From Alphaproteobacteria bacterium (lineage in GTDB: Bacteria; Pseudomonadota; Alphaproteobacteria; SP197), in NCBI GenBank assembly GCA_964291415.2, contig OZ219917.1, positions 160,001 to 224,000 on the forward strand: DNA of 64,000 nt, given 5' to 3'. The first letter of the stretch is position 1, and each line of letters starts with the position of its first letter. The position numbers were made by a program, and so were the translations under genes. The notes below the pieces were generated by a model that had not been told where the DNA came from, made no database searches, and saw only the letters and a list, made by a program, of their open reading frames with translations. Of the stretch, positions 39,459-48,405 are shown one piece after another.

Positions 39459-42400
39459 ATGTACTTCGATCGTCGACTGTGGGCGTTCACCGAAGGGGTG
39501 CGCGGCCGCATGGCATTCTCCGTCATCGTCGGACTCGCCGCGGCATGCGTCGGCGTCGCCCGCCTTGCGCTCCTTGGCTGGCTGATCGCCCTGGTGTTCG
39601 AGGGCCGCCCCTTCGCGGAGCTCGTGATGCCGATGGCCATCGTCGCCGGCGTCATGGTGGCCCGCGGACTGCTGGAGTACGTCAGGGTCATGGTCGCCCA
39701 CGAAACGGCGGCCCGCGTCCAGATCGCCATCCGCAAGACAATCTACGACAAGGCCGTCATCCTGGGGCCCGCCTGGTTCGGTCAGCAGCGCACCGGGGAC
39801 GTGGTGCTCTCGGTGGTCGACGGCGTGGAACAGCTCGAGACCTACTTCGGCGAGTTCCTTCCCACCCTGCTGATCGCCATCGTCACGCCGGTCGCCATCT
39901 TCGCCTTCGTCGCCTTTCTCGACCTGCCGGTCGCCGCCGTCCTCGTCACCGGGGCCATCCTCGCTCTCGTCCTGCCGATGGCCTTCCACCGCCTCGACTA
40001 CCAGGCGAGCATCAACCGCTCGCGGGCCTACGGCGAGTTCGGCGCCGAGTTCCTCGATGCCGTGCAGGGCCTTGCCACGCTCAAGGCCTTCGGCCAGAGC
40101 ACGGCCAGGGCCGTGGCCCTGGCAGCGAAGGCGAAGGCTCTCGCCTTCGGCACGCTGTGGGTGACCGCGGTCAATTCTCTGGGCCGCGGCATCACCGATG
40201 CCTCGATCGCCGTCGCCGCAGCCGCCGCGCTGGGCTACGGCGCCTGGCGCGTCGAGGCCGGTCTCATGGAGCTTTCCACGCTTCTCATCGTGCTGATGAT
40301 GGGGGTCGAGCTCTTCCGCCCCTTGCGCGACATGAGGACCCAGCTTCACACCGGCATGCTCGGCCAGTCGGCGACCGAGGCCATTTTCCGGGTTCTCGAC
40401 GCACGCCCCCTCGTCGACGAGCCGGCCACCCCCGAACCGGCATCCAACGACGGCACCGCCGAGGGCCTTGCCTTCAGGGACGTCACCTTCACCTATCCAG
40501 GCGAAGCGGACGCCACCCACGAGGGCCTCTCGTTCTCCCTTGCGAAGGGGGAGAGCGTCGGCGTCGTCGGACCGTCAGGCGCAGGCAAGTCCTCCATCGT
40601 GCGCCTGCTGCTGCGGTTCTGGGATCCTGAAGGAGGGTCGATCACCATCGGCGGCCGCGACATCCGGACCATGGCAAGCGACGATCTCCGCCGGCAGATC
40701 GCGGTCGTCAACCAGGACACCTACCTCTTTCACGGCACCGTCGAAGACAATCTGAAGTTCGGCAAGCCCGATGCGACTGAAGCCGAGATGGAGGAAGCCT
40801 GCCGCCTCGCCAACGCCCACGACTTCATCTCCGCCCTGCCGTCCGGCTACCAGACGGTGGTCGGCGAGCGCGGCATCAGGCTCTCCGGCGGCCAGCGCCA
40901 GAGAATCGCCATCGCCCGCGCGGTGCTGCGCGACGCGCCCATCCTCGTGCTCGACGAGGCGCTCTCGGCCATCGATGCCGAGAACGAGGCGGTCATCCAG
41001 CAGGCGCTGTTCCGCCTCATGCAGGACCGCACGACGCTCATCCTCGCCCATCGCCTGTCCAGCGTCATCCGGGCCGACCGGATCCTTGTCCTGGGCGAGG
41101 GAAGGGTCGTCGAGGAGGGACCCCACGACGATCTCATGGAGCGCCGCGGCGTCTACTTCTCGCTCATGCACGAACAGGCCTCCGAGCCGCTGGCGAGGAG
41201 CGACGACTTCATCACGGCGGGCGAGGAGACGGCGTCCGCGGAAAGGGACCGGGACATGGCGGCCCGCGCTGCCGCCGAGGCCGAGCCGACCCACGGCATC
41301 CTGCGCGCCGAGGGCCTGGGCTGGGCGGGTGCGACGGAGGTCCTTCTCTCCTTCGTCTCCAGCGAGCGCCTGCGCCTGCTGGCGACCTTCATCTTTGGCG
41401 TGAGCCGCGTCGTCAGCTTCATCGGCGTCGGCGTTCTCTCCGCCCTCGTGGTGGCGCGCATCGCCAACGGGGAAGACTGGTCCGGGCTCCTGGTCTGGCT
41501 TGCCGTCGCAGCGCCGCTCGCCGGAGTGCTGCACTGGCTCGAATCGTGGTTCGCCCACGACATGGCGTTTCGCCTGCTGGCGCGCATGCGGATCAGGCTC
41601 TTCGACAAGATCGACAGCCTGGCGCCGGCCTACCTCCTGCGCAGGCGCACCGGCGATCTCTCGGCCATGGCCACCCAGGACATCGAGACCATCGAATCGT
41701 TCTACGCCCACACCGTGGCGCCGGCCTTCGTTGCGGTCCTCACCCCTGCCATCGTGATCGGTGTCCTGGTGTCGTTCGGCTGGCCCATGGCGCTGGCCCT
41801 CGTTCCCTTCCTCGCCATCGTCGCGCTCTCTCCGGTCATGCTGCGCGGCCGCCTCGATCGCCTGGGTTCGCAAGCCCGCGAGGCGCTGGGCGAACTCAAC
41901 GCCTTCACCGCCGATTCGATCCAGGGCCTGGGCGAAATTCTGGCCTTCCGCCAGATCCGCGAACGCCGTGGCAGCTTCGTCGCCATTGCCGAGGCGGTCT
42001 ACCAGGCGCGTCTCCCCTTCTTCCGCGACCTCACGGTCCAGATGGCCATCCTCGAGGTGGCGACGGGCCTGGGCGGCCTGGCGATCATCGTCACCGGCGC
42101 CGCCATGGTGACCGCAGGCCAGCTCGACGGCAGCCTGCTTCCCTTCTTCACGCTGCTCGCCATGGCGTCCTTCCTGCCGGTGAGCGAGATCGCCCACGTC
42201 GGCCGCCAGCTCGCCGATACCCTGGGCGCAGCGCGGCGCCTCCACGCGGTCGACCGCGAACCCGTGACCATCGCCGACGGACCCGGCATCCAGTCAAAAC
42301 GCACCAGCGGCGGCGCTGCGATCACCCTCGAGAACGTCTCCTACACCTATCCCGGCCGCATCGAGCCCGCCGTCGCAGACGTCGACCTCGCAATTCCAGC

Positions 42401-43055
42401 CGGTTCCACCGTGGCCCTCGTCGGCCCCAGCGGCGCCGGCAAGACGACCATGGCCCACCTCCTGATGCGGTTCTGGGACTGCGACCAAGGCCGCATCACC
42501 CTCGACGGCGACGACATCAGGGACTACCGCCTCGACGACTTGAGATCCCGCACGGCCCTGGTGGCCCAGGACACCTTCCTCTTCAACGACACCCTCAAGG
42601 CCAACATCCTGATCGCCCGCCCGGACGCCAGCGACGATGACCTCACCGAAGCCATCGCCAACGCCTCCCTCGACGATGTCGTCTCAAGCCTCAGGGACGG
42701 CCTCGACACCCGCCTCGGAGAGCGTGGCGCCCGGCTTTCCGGCGGCCAGCGCCAGCGCGTCGCCATCGCCCGCGCCTTCCTGAAAGACGCCCCGATCCTC
42801 ATTCTCGACGAGGCCACAAGCCACCTCGACGCCGTCAACGAGATGGCCGTCCGCCGCGCCCTCACCAGGCTCATGACCGACCGCACGACACTCGTCATCG
42901 CCCACCGCCTCTCCACCATCCGCAACGCCGACATCATCGTCGCCATGGAGAACGGCCGCATCGTCGAACAGGGAACCCACGACGAGCTCGCATCATCCGA
43001 CGGCCTCTACTCCCGCCTCGTCCGCCACCAGATGGCCACCGCCCGCGCCGCTTGA
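39459..43055 (+). CDS. Fused double ABC exporter (TMD-NBD)x2, CydD-CydC-like
   Basis: Two Walker A motifs (GPSGAGKS, GPSGAGKT) and two LSGGQRQR motifs; VQGLATLKAFG (CydD-like) and AHDMAFRLLARMR (CydC-like) halves. Confidence 0.9.
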   Translation: MYFDRRLWAFTEGVRGRMAFSVIVGLAAACVGVARLALLGWLIALVFEGRPFAELVMPMAIVAGVMVARGLLEYVRVMVAHETAARVQIAIRKTIYDKAVILGPAWFGQQRTGDVVLSVVDGVEQLETYFGEFLPTLLIAIVTPVAIFAFVAFLDLPVAAVLVTGAILALVLPMAFHRLDYQASINRSRAYGEFGAEFLDAVQGLATLKAFGQSTARAVALAAKAKALAFGTLWVTAVNSLGRGITDASIAVAAAAALGYGAWRVEAGLMELSTLLIVLMMGVELFRPLRDMRTQLHTGMLGQSATEAIFRVLDARPLVDEPATPEPASNDGTAEGLAFRDVTFTYPGEADATHEGLSFSLAKGESVGVVGPSGAGKSSIVRLLLRFWDPEGGSITIGGRDIRTMASDDLRRQIAVVNQDTYLFHGTVEDNLKFGKPDATEAEMEEACRLANAHDFISALPSGYQTVVGERGIRLSGGQRQRIAIARAVLRDAPILVLDEALSAIDAENEAVIQQALFRLMQDRTTLILAHRLSSVIRADRILVLGEGRVVEEGPHDDLMERRGVYFSLMHEQASEPLARSDDFITAGEETASAERDRDMAARAAAEAEPTHGILRAEGLGWAGATEVLLSFVSSERLRLLATFIFGVSRVVSFIGVGVLSALVVARIANGEDWSGLLVWLAVAAPLAGVLHWLESWFAHDMAFRLLARMRIRLFDKIDSLAPAYLLRRRTGDLSAMATQDIETIESFYAHTVAPAFVAVLTPAIVIGVLVSFGWPMALALVPFLAIVALSPVMLRGRLDRLGSQAREALGELNAFTADSIQGLGEILAFRQIRERRGSFVAIAEAVYQARLPFFRDLTVQMAILEVATGLGGLAIIVTGAAMVTAGQLDGSLLPFFTLLAMASFLPVSEIAHVGRQLADTLGAARRLHAVDREPVTIADGPGIQSKRTSGGAAITLENVSYTYPGRIEPAVADVDLAIPAGSTVALVGPSGAGKTTMAHLLMRFWDCDQGRITLDGDDIRDYRLDDLRSRTALVAQDTFLFNDTLKANILIARPDASDDDLTEAIANASLDDVVSSLRDGLDTRLGERGARLSGGQRQRVAIARAFLKDAPILILDEATSHLDAVNEMAVRRALTRLMTDRTTLVIAHRLSTIRNADIIVAMENGRIVEQGTHDELASSDGLYSRLVRHQMATARAA

Positions 43056-43225
43056 CTACACTCCCGACAGCCCGTTCGGATGGCACCCGACACGAGCACT
43101 GGCGACGGGTCACGTCCATCTAACGACACGTGGAGCGTTGGCGCGAGGGGATGTAGGGGAAAACCTCTTTCGAGTGCGCGAGAATCTATTGGCAGGAGAA
43201 GTATCGGATATAGTATCTAGTTATC

Positions 43226-44488
43226 ATGAGAGACCGTAACTTGCTATTCTACGAAGAGGATTTGGACGCGCAGCTTCGAGGGCGACAGGAAACTGTTCCC
43301 GAAGCTGTTGACCGGATACCGAAAGATCAATTCCTAGTCTCAAACGATCAGGAATTGGTCGACCATGTGGTCGCTAGAATGACGGTAGAGCCACTCGTTC
43401 TACGCGAAAACGCAATGGTCATGAGTCAAAACGAAACGCAGGTGGATGTTTCTGGCGATTCTATGCGGGTGTTTATGTCCAATCGCAGTGGACCACTTTA
43501 CGTTCCGGGAACTCGCGTGGACATCGACATTCCCTTCACGGGAGAAGAGTGGATTTTCCAGTATCGGACCAACCCGTGGTCCTTGGTGCTCCCGCGCGCG
43601 GAAGTCCGACAGGGTCAATTGCGCCTCTGTATTTCGCAGCCGCACGACGCCGATCCCGCCAATTTCAGGTCGATTTACGATCGGGAGTTGAATCTGATTC
43701 GAGAGTACGTGGACCACTCACACAAGCAGGTGGTTGATTATAACGAGAGTCTGCCCAACTTGGTGCAGCGGTCGGTCAATAATCGTCGTGACCGACTTGG
43801 ACGTCATAGTAACATCGCGGGCTTGCTTGATATACCCTTAGCCACGCAACCTGGCGCACCTTCCATTGAGCCAGTGAAGGTGGAAATCCGGCGTCCTCCA
43901 GCTTTGCCCCAGGTGCCGAAGGCGGGTCTTATGCCAGAGCCGGGGATCACAGACGAGACCTACGGGCATATCCTTCAGTTCATTCGACACCAAGGACGCA
44001 CGTTTGAGCGGACGCCCAACACCTATGCCGTGCACGGTGAAGAAGACTTGCGCAACATCATATTGGCGCAGTTAAACGGGCACTTTCGTGGTGATGCCGT
44101 GGGTGAGGTGTTTCGAGGTAACGGCAAGACAGACATCTGCATCGAACAGGACAATCGCGCGGCCTTCGTGGGAGAATGCAAGATGTGGACGGGTGCAGCA
44201 GGCCTCATCGTAGCGATGGATCAGCTTCTCGGCTACCTGACTTGGCGTGATAGTAAAGCCGCCTTGATCATGTTCAACGTGAAGAACAAGGACTTCACCA
44301 AAGTCCTCAACGCAGTGCCCGAGACGCTTCGCGCTCATCCACTGTTCCTGCGTGATTTGGCTTGTTCCGAAGCCGGGGAATGGAGGGTGGAGATGCGTAG
44401 CGTCGAGAATGAGGGGCGGCGTGTCACTGTTCAGGCGTTTGTCTTCAACTTGTTCCAGGCTAGTGGTGTACGGACACGAGCGCTCTAA
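43226..44488 (+). CDS. Hypothetical protein with a C-terminal PD-(D/E)xK restriction-endonuclease-like domain
   Basis: EEDLR..GEVF..GKTDICI..FVGECKMW..QLLGYLTWRD. Confidence 0.7.
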   Translation: MRDRNLLFYEEDLDAQLRGRQETVPEAVDRIPKDQFLVSNDQELVDHVVARMTVEPLVLRENAMVMSQNETQVDVSGDSMRVFMSNRSGPLYVPGTRVDIDIPFTGEEWIFQYRTNPWSLVLPRAEVRQGQLRLCISQPHDADPANFRSIYDRELNLIREYVDHSHKQVVDYNESLPNLVQRSVNNRRDRLGRHSNIAGLLDIPLATQPGAPSIEPVKVEIRRPPALPQVPKAGLMPEPGITDETYGHILQFIRHQGRTFERTPNTYAVHGEEDLRNIILAQLNGHFRGDAVGEVFRGNGKTDICIEQDNRAAFVGECKMWTGAAGLIVAMDQLLGYLTWRDSKAALIMFNVKNKDFTKVLNAVPETLRAHPLFLRDLACSEAGEWRVEMRSVENEGRRVTVQAFVFNLFQASGVRTRAL

Positions 44489-44513
44489 GGTCTGAACATT
44501 TCAGCGACGAGCG

Positions 44514-45010
44514 CTAGGTTGTTGCTGTGTTGTTGATGCTGTCAACGGATGAGACCATTCTGAAGCTATGCGCCGTCACTAGGCCTTGCTTCACCTTCTT
44601 GAATTCGCTGAACACCCTGAGCGCGAGTGCGAGATAATCCTCTTGTGGCGGGCCAAGTTGGTCCAGAATAGCTCTGCAGACCGCAACGACGTTCGCAGTG
44701 GTGTTGGGACATTTTGCGGAAAGTGTTAGGCACGTGCTGTTGAGGTCGGCGAACAAAACTGGCGCCTGCGCCCCCGGGATCAGCGACGACCGACGCGTCA
44801 ATTGGATGGAGCGCACCCGCTGAGGCCGATGGTTTCTTCCCCAGTCCGAAGTCCTCGCCATGATCTACCTCCCGCGTGCAGAACCCGTGCATCACGAACC
44901 CCACATCTATTGGTCATGACGATAGTGTTTAGTCACCTGCAGAGACCAGGCGGATGGCGCATCTGTCACCAGTACGGTATTCAAAGAACGCATTCAACCA
45001 ATACATCGCA
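44514..45010 (-). pseudogene. Possible decayed SagB/ThcOx-type nitroreductase
   Basis: PSASAGALHPID at about 44797-44835; a LFAD..LSAKCPN segment in another frame; in-frame stops upstream. Confidence 0.4.
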
Positions 45011-45364
45011 ATTGTCTCTATGATGCTGCGAACACCCGCATCGAGCACCTGGCTCACGATCGATTTCCGGAAACCGCAACGACTCCTGCCGTGTACCTTG
45101 TGGTACAGTAGCAGCCACTCGACAAGATATTGGGGGGGGAATGAATCAAAGGACAACAAGGAGCGCCCACCACTTGGTATACCGTCTCTACTCGGCTAGG
45201 ATACCTCTTGAACTTGTGGCGCTGACTGCCTAAATTTAACCATGCTCACTTTGTTTGGCCCAAATGATGCCTTGTAAGACAATGGTGCTTCCAATTCTGT
45301 GTTTGCGCAGGACGAAAACTCTAAATCAAGTTGATCTCTTACTCTCTTCTTTTGCGATACTACT

Positions 45365-46324
45365 ATGCCCAAACATCAGACTACTCGCGAGCCTCCGGAA
45401 TTCAATCACATTGAACCGGTAGAAGGAGATCTACTCTCCGATGAACCTGATGCCTTGCTCCGCACCCACCGGAAGTTGCAACTTGCAATTCTTCGACTTC
45501 GGAAGAATGTGGATAAGGGGAATGCCCTTATCGACTTCCGCAACTGCGAAGAAATAGATCCTGGCGGTTTGCTGCTAACAATGTATGCAGTCTTTCCGCT
45601 TCTCAGAGATAACCAGCTGTCTCTCTGGTATCGGAGTCGCGGCGCTGTAAGGGCGTATCTCCTAGAAAACATAGACCATTATCGTCAACGACGATCCGCC
45701 CATAGCAATAATCGCTCAGACGACTTTCTACTTCGTCGAATAAAAACAAGAGAAGCTATGGTCAATGACCTCAATCAGTATGCTTCATCCCTTAGACAAG
45801 CATCTCTTATCTCGAGTCGCGAAGTCGCAATATGGGAAACACAAGTTGGCGAACTCACAACCAACGGATTTCAACATGGAAACGCTCTCAGGGACGATCC
45901 GCAAGAACGCGATCTAGTTATGAATCTTGTAGCCGGCAAGGCATATGAAGAAAAAGGTAGAGTTGAAATGGGTGTACTAGACTTTGGCGCCGGCATTCCT
46001 CGTGTAATTGAGCGAGTGGCACCTGATACAGTGCGTGCAAAAGGAGACGGTCAATTAATAGCGTACGCGCTCAGAAAAGGAATAACTTCCCGAACGGTTA
46101 TCGAGAATCAAGGAGCGGGGCTTCATGGAATTGTGGATGCCGTCAAGGAAAATGGGGGGCGTCTCCTACTCTTCTCTGGCGGAGGCTTGGTATGCGTAAA
46201 GAATGGTCGTGTCTCAAGCAGAAAAATCAATGACAGGTGTAACCAACCGACACTAGAAGGCACCTTGGCAATTATAATTCTTAATTTACAGGGGGGAGTG
46301 GCGCAATGTCACAAACAATATTAG
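45365..46324 (+). CDS. STAS-like + GHKL (HATPase_c) protein, anti-sigma-factor-type kinase without an H-box
   Basis: IDFRNCEEIDPGGL (STAS-like); N box ELTTNGFQHG; G1 VLDFGAGIP; G2 GITSR..GAGLHGI; C-terminal GTL. Confidence 0.85.
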   Translation: MPKHQTTREPPEFNHIEPVEGDLLSDEPDALLRTHRKLQLAILRLRKNVDKGNALIDFRNCEEIDPGGLLLTMYAVFPLLRDNQLSLWYRSRGAVRAYLLENIDHYRQRRSAHSNNRSDDFLLRRIKTREAMVNDLNQYASSLRQASLISSREVAIWETQVGELTTNGFQHGNALRDDPQERDLVMNLVAGKAYEEKGRVEMGVLDFGAGIPRVIERVAPDTVRAKGDGQLIAYALRKGITSRTVIENQGAGLHGIVDAVKENGGRLLLFSGGGLVCVKNGRVSSRKINDRCNQPTLEGTLAIIILNLQGGVAQCHKQY

Positions 46325-46611
46325 CTTCTGAGATTGTGGATCACCGTTTTCCACCAGAGGAAGGAGCAGAGTTGGCAAGAACATTGCTTCAACAGGACTT
46401 AGAATGGGACGATCTCACCGTCGATCTTAAGGGTCTACCAGCCAGCCTTCTGATTTCCGCTTTCTTTAATGGCTTTCTTGCAGTCATTACTTCCGACCGA
46501 CCGGAGCTTCTGCCGAAGGCGAAGAAAATACGATGGCAGTTGGACTATGACTTCCAAAGGGAGAATGTCGCTCGGTGGATGAGAGGGTTTTCGGGCATCC
46601 AATTGGAGTGA
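46306..46611 (+). CDS. STAS-like (DUF4325-type) small protein
   Basis: EEGAELA..LTVDLKGL..LISAFFNGFL; 19-nt overlap with the kinase gene; SD GGGGGAG. Confidence 0.75.
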   Translation: MSQTILASEIVDHRFPPEEGAELARTLLQQDLEWDDLTVDLKGLPASLLISAFFNGFLAVITSDRPELLPKAKKIRWQLDYDFQRENVARWMRGFSGIQLE

Positions 46612-46617
46612 TGTCAG

Positions 46618-47472
46618 ATGACTTGTCATGTTGCGTTTTCGAGTGACGTTGGTGCAGTTTTGTTTTCGGACAGCCAGCTGTCTACGGACAAGACAGGATA
46701 TCACGGCTTTCAGAAGCAGTTCGTTGGCGACGATTTCCTGCTTGGGGGGTCCGGAAACAGTTTGGTTATCGAAGAGGTCTTTAAATCGCTGAGAGATTCT
46801 ACAACGGGGGTGTGCACTGTCGATGGCGGGACAGTGGCGAATCACATTGTAGCGTTTTTGCAAAGGAACGTTAGTAGGCCGGCTGCTGCCGGCACAAACT
46901 TTATCTTGATATGCCTAAATCAGAGCGGCAAGCCAAGAATTAGGATTCTATACCCTTCCACGTTTGACTTTTTCATCTCAAGAGATCACTTCGGCACGCT
47001 GGGATCTGGATCTGAGCTCGTGAGTTCTGCGATTGAGAGAGATAGAATGCTGGGCCTTTTTCGACAGCCCTTAGAGTTGGTAGACATGATAGTGGCGGGA
47101 GAAAATTATCTTGATGCTGCCACGAAAAGTCTCACCGTTGATTCACAGTTCACTGTGGGAGTGCTCCGATCGAAAAGAGCGTATCTAATGGGTGATGTGC
47201 GAATTACAATGCAATATGCACCACCAGCGATCGCAGCGAAGTGGAATAGCGCTTCGAAATTGTATGAAGCAATTCTGGCTCATGCTCAACAGATTCGAGG
47301 AGAAATTCGAGAAGCACAGCGAGTGTTGTCCAAAGTTCAAGTTGCTCAATTAGACAAAGCTGCAGTTTCCGCAATTGAGGCAAGCCAAGTCTCAGTGAGT
47401 CAAAATAGACAGGCGCTTCATGCAAAAATCGAAAGTTACTTAAATTGGTATGATAGGTTGCTGAACCGCTGA
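46618..47472 (+). CDS. Proteasome-beta/HslV-like Ntn threonine protease with a C-terminal helical extension
   Basis: After Met removal: Thr1, Asp17 (FSDSQ), Lys32, GGSG at 42-45, G128-S129-G130; the last 90 aa or so are amphipathic helices. Confidence 0.8.
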   Translation: MTCHVAFSSDVGAVLFSDSQLSTDKTGYHGFQKQFVGDDFLLGGSGNSLVIEEVFKSLRDSTTGVCTVDGGTVANHIVAFLQRNVSRPAAAGTNFILICLNQSGKPRIRILYPSTFDFFISRDHFGTLGSGSELVSSAIERDRMLGLFRQPLELVDMIVAGENYLDAATKSLTVDSQFTVGVLRSKRAYLMGDVRITMQYAPPAIAAKWNSASKLYEAILAHAQQIRGEIREAQRVLSKVQVAQLDKAAVSAIEASQVSVSQNRQALHAKIESYLNWYDRLLNR

Positions 47473-47704
47473 ACCAAACTGTGTTCTGCCAATATAAAAG
47501 GAGTGTGGATTGATTGCGATTCTGGGTCAGGGCTACGGACTCGAATGGAGGCGGTCTTGAGTGGGGGCGCTACGAGCGAGGCCGAAAGGTGTTTGCCCTG
47601 CGGTCGTGCCGCAGAGGGTGGCCGCGTCGTACAATTGGAGGATCGTCAATGTCATGTTGTAACACATTCGCACCGGAAAGCTCTGCGCGACATGCTGGGA
47701 GTGC

Positions 47705-48405
47705 ACGACTATGAATGTCCCCAGTGATGCAAGCATTAGTTAGTTGGGTGTGGTGACATGCGGTCAGGTGCTGCCGTCTATCCGATGTCATGATGCGGTT
47801 GGTGCGACTCCGCAAGCCATTGTAAAGAGTCGCGGCCCTGGTTTGGATCGATTGCACGAGCTTGATCGCTCTACGGTCATTGGGTGGTTCTCCCAATCCC
47901 GTCTCTTTGACCGTTTTTCCTTACCCGTCCTCGGTCCTGCCACATCACCGATGGCTTCCTGCAGCGTGTCGTCCAGTCAGGCGACGGCAGGAGCCCGACA
48001 TCTCTGCTTCGTAGTCATCACCGCCCAGGCAATGCGCGCCATCCTGTTGGCCAGGGCTACCGTAACCGACATCTCCCTGGCCTGCTGGCTGCTCCGCCGT
48101 CTTCACGACCACGAAGGTCATGGTGGGACGCTGCGCAGCCTCGCTGATCTCCTCCGCGTCCGTCGTGTTGTTCTTCTTCCGTTTCACGAACGGCTTCGCA
48201 TAGATCGGCGCGATCAGCTTCACATCATGACCGAGCTTCGCGATCTCCCGGCCCCAGTAGTGAGCGCTCGCACACGCCTCCATCGCCACCTCGCAGCCCA
48301 GCTGCGAGGCCAGGAAGTCAAGCACGTTCCCTCGACTGAACTTCTTGCGGAAGGACACCGATCCATCCGCGCACGTGCCGTGCAGTTGAAAACCTCTTTC
48401 GCCAG
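47705..48405 (-). mobile_element. IS110 family (IS1111-type) remnant: internally deleted transposase plus 3' non-coding region
   Basis: LAKEVFQLHG, MEACASAHYWGR, KPFVKRKKN..DAE..EAAQRPTM joined to VALANRMARIAWA; about 270 nt of downstream non-coding DNA ending GCTTGCATCACTGGGGACATTCAT. Confidence 0.85.

Noticed and set aside
46618-47472. Calling the protease hslV or anbu
   Set aside because: No hslU neighbour, lacks the Anbu SDSRTNAGVD motif and context, and has an extra tail; no gene symbol assigned.
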